A DNA stretch of 64,000 bases from Heterodontus francisci (Eukaryota). Below the pieces are notes generated by a model. The model saw only the letters and a list, made by a program, of their open reading frames with translations. It did not search any database and was not told where the DNA came from. Location: the NCBI RefSeq assembly GCF_036365525.1, contig NC_090382.1, forward strand, positions 101,800,595 through 101,864,594. Reading direction: 5' to 3'. Made by a program: the position numbers and the translations under genes. Shown here one piece after another: positions 38,501 to 52,034 of the stretch (positions are counted from its first letter, which is position 1; every line of letters begins with the position of its first letter).

Positions 38501-40802
38501 CTGTAATAATTGCAAATATTACAATTAAAAGATAATATTGATAGATCAGACTGACAAAAAGTGACATGTAAATGTCCTCAGCTTACTGCATTTCAAACAG
38601 AGAATGGATCGGCAAGACTTGGCAAGTCAGTGAACCAAGTTGTCCTCTGTAAGACTCAGATCCAAACGAAGCACTGCATTTACAGTGAGCCATAGGGCTG
38701 GTCATAAATGAACTAAGCTCCCTGTAATACTCTGAGAGTGTGAGACTGTCATTGTCACTACAGTGTCAGAAAGCAAAGAAATTATAAACAGCAAGAGGCC
38801 ATTTCATCCATTGCAGCTCGGCTGGGGCGAGTTGGTCATCTGCAGCTATCATTCTAACCCAATTTCCTGCCTTATCTCACTGACATTTTATCATATTTAT
38901 TTACTCTTTATCCTATATTACATGTTGGGCTTGACTCTCCTGGTCCTTCCAGGTGAAGCCGTGTCAAAGTGGAATCCGCCTATCCAGGCTTCAGAGTGTC
39001 TTAATACGTTTGGCCAGGCCATTAGCACGGTTTGAGTGAACGATTGTTGCAGGACTCTGGGAAACAAGCAGAGTATCAATCACATCACAGGGTTGAGAGG
39101 ACTGGCAACAATGGGAAGGGCCACAGGTCTTGAGGCTTTCTGGCTGTTGACCAGCAGTCAGAGGCTTAGCTCAGGATTCCATGATTGTTGAGAGATGACA
39201 GGACCCACTACTAGCTCACTCAGGTGCTTTTGGAAGTGGGTGCTCTTCAGATGAAAATACAGGAAAGTGAGGTTGGACCAAGCAGGAACTGCTCCTTCAG
39301 TCTTATTTTCATTGAAGCTTGGAAACAATCTTAAAGGAATGGAGGTCCTATGTCACAGATCACCATCCTTTTTTACCAAATGCTGCTCAAGCCATAGTCC
39401 CCAAAGGACCATAGGCATTTCTCCTCATTACAGAGAGACAGATGGCAATGTACAGGTAGAGGGTCACCACTCCTCAAGCATGGGGCATGGTGAGGAGGTA
39501 GGCCTCCATGAACTACCACAGCCAGTACAGGGATTTAACCCACACTGTTATTTTTTCTTTCTGCATCACGCTATAGCCATCTAGCAAACTAAGCTAACCA
39601 ACTTATTTTGGACTGCGAAAACCCGGCGAATACGTATTTCCTGGCTACTGTTGAAAAATTAGCTTTATTTATATCAATTCGAGAAGAATTTTCATAGTGT
39701 TTTTCACCTCCTCAGGTTCTCCCAAAGCAACTGAAACACATTGATCGTTTCGTCAACTGTTCCAGGGAATTAATGTCCATAAATGCAACATTCCCTCTGC
39801 AGCAAGCAGAGGTAAGCCTGAGCCAAGCTGGCAGTCTGAAGGCTGAAACATGTTTCCTTCGACATTACATGTGCAATATTTGATGTGATATAATTTAAGA
39901 ATGTCAGAAGTTTTCCTTTTATTGTGGTTCCATATTGCTAATAACTTCAACATTTAGTTCAAAAATTGTCACAATAAATGTTCATCTTTCACATCACATT
40001 TTTTCCAGAAAAGTTCCAATTGGAAAGATACGACCAATTCCATTGATAAAAATGCAATGTCACCAAGATTTATTGTCTGTGCAGGAGAATGCACTTGTCA
40101 TAAGGGCCCTAAATCATCCTACAATATTTTTTACATTTGTTCTTAGGATGTGGATGATCCTGGTTCAGTCACATTTATTACCATCTCTGGTTACCCTAAG
40201 AAGGCAATGGATATTCTTCTTGAAGCAGTTATACACTTCAGAGAACAGTTAACCACAAAGTGTGGATTAGAGTTCCAAGTAAGCCACAAGGTAGGTGTCT
40301 TCCCCTGGAGGGCATTAGTAAACCCAATTATCTTGAGTTCCCTGATGCTCACTTACAAATAAGATTTATTAAATTCAATTCCACAACTTACCATAGTAGG
40401 AGAGGAACTGATCACTTTCAGGCTGGCAGGTCAGTACCATAGTTACCACTACACTGTGCCTGGCTGTTGAGAAACTATGATATTTGTTGTTTCTCGTCTC
40501 AATGCAGCTCCTACAGGGAACGGAACTACAGCAGAATACTTTTTCGAATTCAACATTAAATTGCAATTTCACTCAGAGAGGGCAAAAGAAGAATATCTGT
40601 GGCAAATGGAAAAATGGCACACTGGTTCATCAGTGAGTGCTCTTCTGAGATTGGTGAGAGAACACTTTGATGGGGTAGAGAATAAAAGCTTTATGATTAG
40701 GTGCCTAAATGTAATGAGTTTTATTATTCAGCACTAATAATTGTCCTTGAAGAACAAACACAATGAAAAAAGGAAAATTATTGCAATATCAGATTTCATT
40801 AC

Positions 40803-40859
40803 CTTGTGCTTTTTCTTGAAAAATGACAGATCCATAATGAATATCTTCCCTTTCTGTGT
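40803..40859 (-). CDS. Gene A cytoplasmic exon 3 (ITIM IHYGSV)
   Basis: ttattctctgcag / G|gtaatg boundaries; 57 nt, phase 1-1; NTEREDIHYGSVIFQEKAQ. Confidence 0.85.
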
Positions 40860-40897
40860 CTGCAGAGAATAAGATAGAAATAAAGTATTTGCATCTA

Positions 40898-40904
<7 letters not shown>

Positions 40905-40932
<28 letters not shown>
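40905..40932. repeat. (TA)n microsatellite
   Basis: Read directly from the sequence. Confidence 0.95.
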
Positions 40933-40935
<3 letters not shown>

Positions 40936-41134
40936 TGCCTGAACATCTCCCAAAACAAGTAATGAATTACTTTTAATGTGGAAATACCATTATCAAGTAA
41001 ACATATACAGCATCAAGGTCCCAAAAGCAGTACATTAGATAACAACCAGTTAATCATTTGTGGTGGTAATGATTGAGGGAAGAATATTCATCAGGACGTC
41101 GTGCTCTCCTTCAACTGTATGATGATTATTTTTA

Positions 41135-43560
41135 TTTGTTCATAAGATGTGGGTGTCGCTGATAATGCCAGCAGTCAACCCCAATTCCGAATTGCCCTTG
41201 AGAGGGTGATGGTGAGGCGCCTTGTTGAACCGTTGCAATCCATTTGGTGTAGATACATCCACAGTGCTGTTAGGATTTGAGTTCCAGGCTTTTAACACAG
41301 CGAGAGTGAAGAAACTGTGATATATTTCCAAGTCAGGATGGAGTGTGACTTGGAGGGTGGTGTTCCCATGCACCTGCTGCCTTCTAGGTGATAGAGGTTG
41401 TAGGTTTGAAAGGTACTGTTGGAGAAGCCTTGGCAGTGCATCTTGTACATGGTACACACTGTAGCCATGGTGTGCATTAGTGGTGGAGGGAGTGAATGTT
41501 TAAGGTTGTAGTTGGAGTGCCAATCAAGTGGACTGCTTTGTCCTGGATCATGTTGAGCCTCCTGAGTGTTGTTGGAGCTGCACCCATCCAGGCAAGTGGC
41601 GAGTTTTCCAACACACTTGTGCCTTGTAGATAGTGGACAGGCTTTGTGGATTTAGGAGGTGAGTTACTCACCTCAGAATTCCCAACCTCTATAGTCACAG
41701 TATTTACATGGCTGACCAAGTTAATCTTCTGGTCAAAGATGATCCCCAGAATTTTGATGATGGGGGATTCAGTGATGGTAATGCCATTGAATGTCAAAGG
41801 GAAATGGTTAGACTCTCACTTGCTGGAGATTGTCAATTTCTGCCGGTTGTGTGGCACAAATGTTACGTTGCTTGTCAGCACAAGCCTGAATGTTGTCCAG
41901 ATCTCACTGCATGCAGGCACAGACTGCTTCATGATCTGTGACTGACAATGCGCACTGTGAACGAAGATCGTAATTCTGACATTATGATGGAGGGAAAGTC
42001 ATTGAAGCAGTTGAAGATGGTCAGGCCGAGGACACTGCCCTGGGGAATTCCTGAAGCAATGTCCTGTGGCTGAAATGATTGGCCTCCAACAAACACAACC
42101 ATCTTCCTTTATGCTAGGTATGACTCCAATCAGTGGAGAATATTCCCCCGATTCCCATTGACTTCAATTTTATGAGGGCTCCTGATGCCACCCCCAGTCT
42201 AATGCCACCTTGATATCAAGTGCCGTCACTCTCACCTCACCTCTGGAATTCAGCTCTTCTGTCCATGTTTGGATCAAGGCTGAAACAAGGTCTGGAACTA
42301 AATGGTCCTGGTAGATCCAAAAGTGAGCATTAGTGAGCAGGATATTGATGAGTAAGTGCAGCTTGATAGCACTGACGATGACACCTTCTATCACTTTGCT
42401 GATGATTGAGAGTAGACTGATGGGGTGGTAGCTGGCTGGATTCGATTTGTCCTCTTCTTTGTGGACAGGACCTACCTGGGCAATTTTCCACATTGTCAGG
42501 CAGATTCCCATGTTGTAGCTGTGCTGGAACATCTTGGCTAGGGGTGCACCTTGTACTGAAGCACTACAGCCGGGATGTTATTGGGGCCCATAACTTTGCT
42601 CTATCCAGTCTACTCAGCCATTTCTTGATATCACGTGGAGTGAATCGATTTGGCTGAAGACTGGCATCTGTGATGGTGGGGACCTCTGGAGAAGTCTGAG
42701 GTGGATCATCCACTTGCCACTTCTGACTGACGATGGTTGCAAATGCTTCAGCCTTGTCTTTTGCACTGACATGCTGGGCTCCGCTATTATTGAGGATGAG
42801 GATGTTCATGGAGCCTCCTCCTCTGGTTAATTGTTTAATTGTCCACTACCATTCATGATTAGATGTGGTAGGGCTGCAGAGGTTTGATCTGACATGTTGG
42901 TTGTGGGATTGCTTAGCTCTGTCTATAGTATACTGCTTCACTTTTCAACATGAACGTCGTCCTGTATTGTAGTTTAACCAGGTTTTCACCTCATTTTTAG
43001 GTATATCTGGTGCTGCTCCTGGCATTCTCTTTGCCACTCATCACTGGACCAGGGTTGATCCCCTGGCTTGATGGTAATGGTAGAGTGAGGGATATGCCAA
43101 GCCATGAGGTTGCAGAATGTGGTGAAATACAATTCTGCAACTGCTGATGGCCCACAACGCCTCATGGATGCCCAGTTTTGAGTTGTTACATCAGAACATC
43201 GGTTCTGAATCTATCCCATTTAGTGGCAGTGCCACACTACATGATGGAAGATGTCCTCTTTGTGAAGACAAGACTTTGTCTCCACAGGACTGTGCGGTGG
43301 TCACTTCTACCAATACTGTCATGGACAGATGCATCTGTGACAGATAGATTGGTGAGGATGAGGTGAAGTAGGTTTTTTCCCTCTTGTTGGTTCTCTCACC
43401 ATCTGCCACAGGCCCAGTCAAGCAGATAAGTCCTTCAGGACTCGGCCAATTGGGTCAGTTGTGGCCCTTCTGAGCCACTCGTTGTGACGAACATTGAGTA
43501 CATGGACAAGGAAACTTCCTGCTGATTACCACCTACTGCCCTTCCTCAACTGATGAATCA
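41135..43560 (-). mobile_element. CR1/L2-clade LINE, degraded
   Basis: YHPISLLSIISKVIE...ALDIK in ORF 42170-42532. Confidence 0.85.
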
Positions 43561-43581
43561 GTACTTCTCAAATTAATGCCA

Positions 43582-43662
43582 GCTGTGATGGCTGAATGGT
43601 TAAAGTGCTGGCTTTGAAATTCAATGGGGTTTCTCCATGCAGTTCAAGCCCTGCTCACAGTA
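43582..43662 (+). pseudogene. Degenerate tRNA-Ser (CGA-type) pseudogene
   Basis: gctgtgatggctgaatggttaaagtgctggctttgaaattcaatggggtttctccatgcagttcaagccctgctcacagta matches vertebrate tRNA-Ser(CGA) GCTGTGATGGCCGAGTGGTTAAGG...CCTGCTCACAGCG, with CpG-type decay. Confidence 0.75.
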
Positions 43663-44029
43663 GCTCTGGTTAATATGTAAATTTGGGAGCACTGCTTTTC
43701 TTGATCTAGATTAATGATCTAGACTTTGGTCTATCAGGTACATTCTCAAAATTTGTGGATGGCACGAAACTTGGAAGTATTATGAACTGTGAGGAGGATA
43801 GTGATAAGCTCCAAGAGGACTTAGACAGGCCAGCGGAATGGGCAGAAAATGGCAGATGAAATTTAATGCAGAGAAGTGTGAAGCGATTCATTTTGCTAGG
43901 AAGAACGAGGAGAGGCAATGTAAAACAAAGAGTACAATTCTAAAGAGGGTGCAGGAGCAGAGAGACCTTTTTTTTGTGTACAAATCATTGAAGGTGGTAG
44001 GGCAAGTTGACAACGTGGTTAATAAAGGT

Positions 44030-47000
44030 CATACGGTCATAAGAACTCGGAGCAGGAGTAGGCAATTCAGCCCCTCGAGCCTGCTCCGCCATTCAATACG
44101 ATCATGACTGATCCCATCTCGGCCTCAGCAACACTTTCCTGCCTGTTCTCCATAACGCTTCAACCCTTTAGTAATTAAAAATCTGTCTATCTCCTCCTTA
44201 AATTTACTCAATGTCCCGGCATCCACCGCACTCTGGGGTAGTGAATTCCACAGACTCACGACCCTTTTAGAGAAGTATTTTCTCCTCATCTCCATTTTAA
44301 ATCTGCTACTCCTTATCCTAAAACTATGACCTCTCATTCTAGATTGCCCCACAAGAGGAAACATCCTCTCTATATCTACTTTGTCAATCTTCTTAATCCT
44401 CTATCTACCTCAATTAGATCTCCTCTCAGTCTTCTAAACTCTGGAGAGTAAAGGCCTAAACTGCTCAATCTCTCTTCATAAGACAAACCCCTCAACTCTG
44501 GAATCAATCGAGTGAATCTCCTCTGAACTGCCTCCACTGCAACTACATCCCTCCTCAAGTAAGGGGACCAAAACTGTACGCAATACTGCAGGTGCAGTCT
44601 CACTAATGCCTTGTACAGTTGCAGCAACATTTCCCTACTTTTATATACTATTCCTTGAGCAATAAATGCCAAAATTCCATTTGTCTTCCTTATTACCTGC
44701 TGCACCTGCATACTAGCTTTCTGTGATTCATGCACGAGGACACCCAGATCCCTCTGCACTGAAGCATTCTGAAGTTTCTCTCCATTTAGATAATAATTTG
44801 CCTTTCTATTCTTCTCCACAAAGTGGATAACCTCACACTTATCCACGATATACTCCATCTCCATCAAAGAAGCTGACTCACTCCAAGCAGAAGGGCCGCC
44901 TGCGCATCAACACTCGCAGAATTTCTCATCCACAGCTGTTAGATAAGTTTCTAAATTCACTTGAAAAAGCCCTTCAAAACACTCCTACAGGGGATGCAGA
45001 GACCAAGTGGGCCAACATCAGAGACGCCATCTATGACTCAGCAGTGATCACCTATGGCAAACGTGTGAAGCAGAATGCAGTCTGGTTTCAATCTCAGTTT
45101 GAAGAGCTGGAACCCATTATAGCCGCTAAGCGCATTGCACTGCTGAACTACAAGAAAGCCCCCAGCGAGTTAACATCCGTAGAACTTAAAGCAGCCAGAA
45201 GCACTGCACAAAGAACAGCCAGGCGCTGCGCAAATGACTACTGGCAACACCTATGCAGTCATATTCAGCTGGCCTCTGACACCGGAAACATCAGAGGAAT
45301 GTATGATGGCATTAAGAGAGCTTTTGGGCCAACCATCAAGAAGATCACCCCCCTCAAATCTAAATCAGGGGACACAATCACTGATCAATGCAAGCAAATG
45401 GACCGCTGGGTGCAGCACTACCTAGAACTGTACTCCAGGGAAAATGTTGTCACTGAGACCGCCCTCAATGCAGCCCAGTCTCTGCCAGTCATGGATGAGC
45501 TGGACGTACAGCCAACAAAATCGGAACTCAGTGATGCCATTGATTCTCTAGCCAGCGGAAAAGCCCCTGGGAAGGACGGCATTATCCCTGAAATAATCAA
45601 GAGTGCCAAGCCTGCTATACTTTCAGCACTCTATGAACTGCTTTGCCTGTGCTGGGATGAGGGAGCAGTACCACAGGACATGCGCAATGCCAATATCATC
45701 AGCCTCCATAAGAACAAGGGTGACCGCGGTGACTGCAACAACTACCGTGGAATCTCCCTGCTCAGCATAGTGGGGAAAGTCTTCGCTCGAGTCGTTTTAA
45801 AGAGACTCCAGAAGCTGGCTGAGCATGTCTACCCTGAGGCACAGTGTGGATTTCGAGCAGAGAGATCGACCATTGACATGCTGTTCTCCCTTCGCCAGCT
45901 ACAATAGAAATGCAGTGAACAACAGATGCCCTTCTACGTTGCTTTCATTGATCTCCCCCAAAGCCTTTGACCTCATCAGCAGACGTGGTCTCTTCAGACT
46001 ACTATAAAAGATCGGATGTCCACCAAAGCTACTAAGTATCATCACCTCATTCCATGACAATATGAAAGGCACAATTCAGCATAGCGGTGCCTCATCAGAC
46101 CCCTTTCCTATCCTGAGTGGCGTGAAACAGGGCTGTGTTATCAAACCTACACTGTTTTGGATCTTCTTCTCCCTGCTGCTCTCACATGCGTTCAAGTCCT
46201 CAGAAGAAGAAATTTTCCTCCACGCAAGATCAGATGGCAGGTTTTACAAGCTTGCCCATCTAAGAGTGAAGACCAAGTACGGAAAGTCCTCATCAGGGAA
46301 CTCCTCTTTGCTGACGATGATGCTTTAACATCTCACACTGAAGAGTGTCTGCAGAGACTCATCAACAGGATTGTGGCTGCCTGCAACAAATTTGGCCTAA
46401 CCATCAGCCTCAAGAAAACAAACATCATGGGACAGGACGTCAGAAATGCTCCATCCATCAATATTGGTGACCACGCCTTGGAAGTGGTTCAAGAGTTCAC
46501 CTACCTCGGCTCAACTATCACCAGTAACCTGTCTCTCGATGCAGAAATCACCAAGTGCATGGGAAAGGCTTCCACTGCTATGTCCAGACTGGCCAAGAGA
46601 GTGTGGGAAAATGGCGCACTGACACGGAACACAAAAGTCCAAGTGTATCAAGCCTGTGTCCTCAGTACCTTGCTCTACGGCAGCGAGGCCTAGACAACGT
46701 ATGTCAGCCAAGAGCGACGTCTCAATTCATTCCATCTTTGCTGCCTCCGGATAATCCTTGGCATCAGGTGGCAGGACCGTATCTCCAACACAGAAGTCCT
46801 CGAGGCGGCCAACATCCCCAGCATATACACCCTACTGGGCCAGCGGCGCTTGAGATGGCTTGGCCATGTGAGCCGTATGGAAGATGGCAGGATCCCCAAG
46901 GACACATTGTACAGCGTGCTCGTCACTGGTATCAGACCCACTGGCCGTCCATGTCTCCGCTTTAAAGACGTCTGCAAACGCGACATGACGTCCTGTGACA

Positions 47001-48515
47001 TTGATCACAACTCGTGGGAGTCAGTTGCCAGCGATCGCCAGAGCTGGCGGGCAGCCATAAAGGTGGGGCTAAAGTGTGGCAAGTCAAAGAAACATAGCAG
47101 TTAGCAGGAAAAAAAGACAGAAGCGCAAGGGTAGTGCGAACTCTGCAACAGCCCCGACAACCAACTTTATCTTCAGCACCTGTGGAAGAGTCTATCACTC
47201 TCGAATTGCCATTTATAGCCACTCCAGGCGCTGCTTCACAAACCACTGACCACCTCCAGGCGCTTACCCATTGTCTCTTGAGACAAGGAGGCCAAAGAAA
47301 GTAAGAAAGACTCCATCTGCCAAATTTTGGCCCGTTCACCTAACCTACCCATATCCATTTGTAAATTTCTTATTTCTTTACTGCAAATTACTATCCCACC
47401 TATTTTAGTCTCATCTGCAAATTGGGCTATTGTACCTTCTACCCCTGCATCCAAGTCATTAATATATATTGTAAATAATTGGGGCCAAAGGACCGAACCC
47501 TGTGGCACCCCACGAGTTACATCTTGCCAACCAGAAAAAGGAACTATTTATCCTGACTCGCTTTTTTCTGTTGGTTAGCCAATCCTCTATCCATGCTAAT
47601 AAATTGCCCCAACCCCATGTGATCTTACCTTGTGCATTAACCTTTTGTGCGGCACCCTATCAAATGCCTTCTGGAAGTCCAGATATACTACATCTACAGG
47701 ATCCCCATTATCCACTTTGCTTGTTACAGCTTCGAAGAACTCTAGCAAATTAGTCAAACACGATTTACCCTTCATAAAACCATGCTGACACTGATGTATT
47801 GTGTTTTGACTTTCTAAATATCCCGTTATTACTTACTTAATAATGGATCCTAACAATTTCCCAATGACAGATGTTAAACTAACTGGTCTGTAGTTTCCTA
47901 CTTTCTGCCTCCCTCCCTTTTTGAACAAGGGTGTTATATTAGCATTTTTCCAATCCACTGGAACCTTTCCTGCAACCAGGGAATTTTGGAATATTATAAC
48001 CCATGGATCCACTATCTCCGCTGCCACTTCCTTTAAGACCCTAGGATGTAGGCCATCAGGCCCTGGGGATTTGTCTGCCTTCAATCCCAATAGATTGCTC
48101 AGTACTTGTTCCCTCGTGATGATGATTTTTCTAAGTTCCTCTCTTCCTATAATCTCTGCATTTCCTGTTACTATTGGGATGGTACTAGTGTCCTCCACCG
48201 TGAAAACTGAGGCAAAAAACTGATTTAGTGTCTCCGCCATTTCTGTGTTCCCCTCTAGTAACTCCCCAGTCTCATCCTCCAAAGGACCAACATTCACTTT
48301 AGCTACTCTCTTACCTTTTATATACTTATGGAAGCTTTTGCAATCCGTTCTTATATTTTGCACTAGTTTTCTTTCATAATTTACCTTTGCTCTTTTTATT
48401 ACTTTTTTAGTAACCCTTTGTTGATCTTTAAAAGATACCCAATCTTCCAGCCTGCCACTGGCCTTTGCAATATGGTATGCCTTAGTTTTTGTCTTTATGT
48501 TATCCTTAACTTTCT
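44030..48515 (-). mobile_element. CR1 LINE split by an RTE insertion
   Basis: ORFs 47833-48591, 47236-47508, 44376-44867 and 44125-44364 are collinear CR1 ORF2 pieces. Confidence 0.92.
44861..47309 (+). mobile_element. RTE-clade LINE (5' truncated) nested in the CR1
   Basis: NYRGISLLSIVGKVFAR, QCGFRAERSTID, LLFADD, RWLGHV; TSD actccatct at 44852-44860 and 47310-47318. Confidence 0.92.
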
Positions 48516-48539
48516 TCCTCTCGAGAATATATTTTAGTT

Positions 48540-49170
48540 GGGTATGTGGGTTCCTGGGCTTTATAAATAGGGGAATGGAGGACAAAAGCAAGGAATTTAT
48601 GATGAATCTTTATAAAACCCTGATTCGCCCTCAACTGGGAGTATTTGGTCCAATTCTGAGCACCATGATTTAGGAAGGATGTGAAGGCTTTAGAGAGGGT
48701 GCAGAAAAGATTGACAAGAATGGTTCCAGGGATGAGGAGCTTCAGTTATGTGGATCAGCTGGAGAAGCTGGGTTGTTTTCCTTTGAGAAGAGAAGGTTGA
48801 GGAGATTTGATAGAGGTTTAAAAATAATGAGGAGTCTGGATAGATTAGATGTGGAGAAACGATTCCTGTAGGCAGTAGGGTCGAGAACTAGAGGACACCA
48901 ATTGAAGACGATTGGCAAAAAAAGCAATGGCAACATGAGGAAAAACATTTTTACGTAGTGTCTTGTTCAGATCTGGAACGCACTGCCTGAAGGTGTGGTG
49001 GAGGATGATTCAGAAGAGAATTGGATAATTATCAAAAGCAAAAGACTTTGCTGGGCTACTGGAAAAAAGTGGGTGAGTGGGACTAGGTGACTTGCTCTTC
49101 CAGAGAGCTGGGATGGACATGATGGGCCAAATGGCCTCCTTCTGTGCTGTCACCATTCTATGATTCTATA
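48540..49170 (+). mobile_element. CR1 LINE 3' fragment
   Basis: Typical 3' ORF2 and tail ending attctatgattctat. Confidence 0.8.
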
Positions 49171-49863
49171 ACTTAGGGGAAGCACAGAGGCTAGCGACTG
49201 TACGGAAGGTACTGTGTGATGGTGGGGACCTCAGGAGAAGGCTGAGGTGGATCATCCACTTGGCACTTCTGGCTGAAGATGGTTGCAAATGCTTCAGCCT
49301 TGTCTCTTGCCCTGACATGCTTGGCTATCATTGACGATAGGGATGTTTATGGAGCTTCCTCCTCCTGTGAGTTGTTCTACTGTCCACTACCATTCATGAT
49401 TGGATGTGGCAGGGCTTTGTCCATGTTTGACCTGATGCCGTGAGTCTTCAGAGAGTCCAGAGTCAGTGTCGAGGACTCCCAGGACCATGTCCTCCCAACT
49501 GTTTACCATTGTGCTGCCACCTCTGTTGGATCTGTCCTGCTGATGGGGCACGATGTACTCAGGGATGGTATGGGATGAATCTGGAATGTTAACTCTCAGC
49601 TATGATTCTGTGAGTATGACTATGACAGGCTTTTGCTTGACTAGTCTGTGGGCCAGCTCTCCCAATTTTAGCACAAGTGCCCAGCTTCACAACTTTACTA
49701 AAAATTGTGAAAATATCTCAGAATTTATCATTGCATATCTGAAGAGCTTTTTCACCAAAGTATTAAACTAGAAACAAAATCTTAACTCAATGCAATCTCA
49801 CAGTTTCTATATAAACAATACCTACACTGAGATCGAGCAACATATTATGATTTATCTACTTAC

Positions 49864-49941
49864 TGTCTTCTTTTGCCTTTTGATTGACTTCAGCATAATC
49901 AGCAAAACTACTTGTCTCAGGCACCAGCGTCTCATTATCTT
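49864..49941 (-). CDS. Gene A cytoplasmic exon 2 (ADYAEV)
   Basis: ttttttccag / A|gtaagt boundaries; 78 nt, phase 1-1; EDNETLVPETSSFADYAEVNQKAKED. Confidence 0.85.
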
Positions 49942-50354
49942 CTGGAAAAAATATTTTTCTGATTCAGACATTAGCATGGTTTGTTTTTCAAAAAGCTATA
50001 TCAGGTATGGCTTAAAAAAATTGCTCCGTTGCTAATGAGATAGATTTGCGTGATTAGGGTCACAAGTGGTTTTCGAAATAGTAGAGTATTGTGATGTGTG
50101 CTGGCAGCATCTAATGTTTGTAGGTAATATCTCAGATAATGTAGGATCGATTTTTGAGAGGGGAAGTGTTAAGGACTCAAAATGTAGCTATTAATCAGAC
50201 TGTTAATTGAGATACATGACAAACTATAAGTGAGATTTAAACTGGTGCAGGCTATCATTGTGTGACGTGGTTTCTTAATGTCTATGGTTTGAACGTACTC
50301 TTCAAATGAAGATTGGAAAATGTTACAAATATAACAAATAATGAAAATCACAAA

Positions 50355-50565
50355 TAAAAACAAGAAATGCTGGAACCTCTCAGCAGGTCTGGCAGCATCT
50401 GTGAAAAGAGAAGCAGAGTTAATGTTTCGTTCCGAAGAAGGTCACTGACCCGAAACGTTAACTCTGCTTCTCTTTTCACAGATGCTGCCAGACCTGCTGA
50501 GTGGTTCCAGCATTTCTTGTTTTTATTTCAGATTTCCAGCATCCGCAGTATTTTGCTTTTATTTT
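50355..50565. repeat. Palindromic Penelope-end-like element
   Basis: aaacaagaaatgctggaacc..cagcaggtctggcagcatctgtg is inverted as cacagatgctgccagacctgctg..ggttccagcatttcttgttt; twin at 51451-51663, relative at 19443-19660. Confidence 0.8.
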
Positions 50566-51031
50566 AATGAAAATCACATCCTGACATACAATAGTATTGA
50601 ACTACATTGTAGAAAGTTCCAGATCACTTCGCAGCTTGAGTTCCTATTGCTCTCAATGAATGAGTTTCAACAGGTTTCCAGTTGGGTAACTGACTAGTCT
50701 CATCAACAGTTGTCTCACTCCGGGGTGTTTAGGAATTGTGAATTTGAGTGGCATATGTTCCACAGCATCCTGGGAACTAAGCTTTAGAAAGTTCCTGAAT
50801 AGCCAGACTCTGGATTGGAGACCTAACAGTAAGAATGGGAACTGATTATGAAGAATAAGAAAATGAACCTGCAATCAACAGGATATTTGAATGTGACAGA
50901 ATAGAGGAATAACATTTCTGTGTTTGAGTGTCATTTTATGTAAAACTGAAAATTACAATTACGCAATTGCTATGAACAACTGCGCAGAGCACATTAAAAT
51001 CCCTGTTATGTTATTAGTGTTTAAATATTAC

Positions 51032-51124
51032 CTTGAATTTGCTGGATTTCATTAATATTTGAATAAAGCTGAGGTGCCTCTTCTGTATTTTCCCCTCGTT
51101 GCAGAGGTTTCTGTCTTTGATTCC
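51032..51124 (-). CDS. Gene A cytoplasmic exon 1 (YSNI)
   Basis: AG/GT boundaries (an in-frame alternative AG lies 6 nt upstream); 93 nt, phase 1-1; GNQRQKPLQRGENTEEAPQLYSNINEIQQIQ. Confidence 0.82.
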
Positions 51125-51450
51125 CTGAACCTATTCATACAGAAATCGCCCATTAACATGCGTTCAGCTTTCCTTACAAGGAATGCAGTGTAGAATGATG
51201 CCTGGACTTCAAGGGTTAAATTACAAGGAGTGATCACACAGACTAGGGTTGTATTCCTTGGAATTTAGAAGGTTAAGGGGTGATTTGATAATTTGAGTGT
51301 AGTTTTAAAGATTTTAATGGGAACTGATTGGATAGAGAGAAACTATTCGCTGTGGTTGGGGAGTCTCAGACTCGGGGCATAGCCTAAAATTTAGAGTTTA
51401 AAATTTAGACTAAGCTTTTGGCCGCCAGTCCAAATACCTCCATATAATAT

Positions 51451-51663
51451 AAAAACAAGAAATGCTGGAACCACTCAGCAGGTCTGGCAGCATCTGTGGA
51501 AAGAGAAGCAGAGTTAACGTTTCGGGTCAGTGATCCTTCTTCGGTCACTGACCCGAAACGTTAACTCTGCTTCTCTTTCCACAGATGCTGCCAGACCTGC
51601 TGAGTGGTTCCAGATTTACTTGTTTTTATTTCAGATTTCCAGCATCCGCAGTATTTTGCTTTT
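51451..51663. repeat. Palindromic Penelope-end-like element
   Basis: Near-identical to 50355-50565. Confidence 0.8.
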
Positions 51664-52034
51664 ACAAATATCTGCATATGTGGCTCAGTGTCAAATTCAG
51701 TTTAATAACACCCCTGTAAAGCATCTTCGGATGTTTTTCCACATTAAAGGCACTCTATAAATCTAGGTTGTTGATTTTGTTATACAGCTGTGATCAGTTG
51801 CATCGTCTCGTACTGAACTCCCATCATTCTAGCAGTTCAGGAACTGTTGCCTTCCAAGAATATTTGACACATAGAAAAACCAACACATCTGTTTATGCAA
51901 TCCGAGTGAATTACATTGTTTAAAATTAAACAAGGATATCATTATCATTCCTGGATTTGGGAATCATGTGCCACATTCACATTTTATTACATGTATCAGA
52001 CTTGAAATTGAACGCAGCAATTTACATATCTTAC

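Noticed and set aside
44030-48591. Long ORFs (287, 252 and 178 aa) as host genes or a novel RT system
   Set aside because: They are ordinary interrupted RTE and CR1 ORF2 fragments, with a TSD and stop codons.
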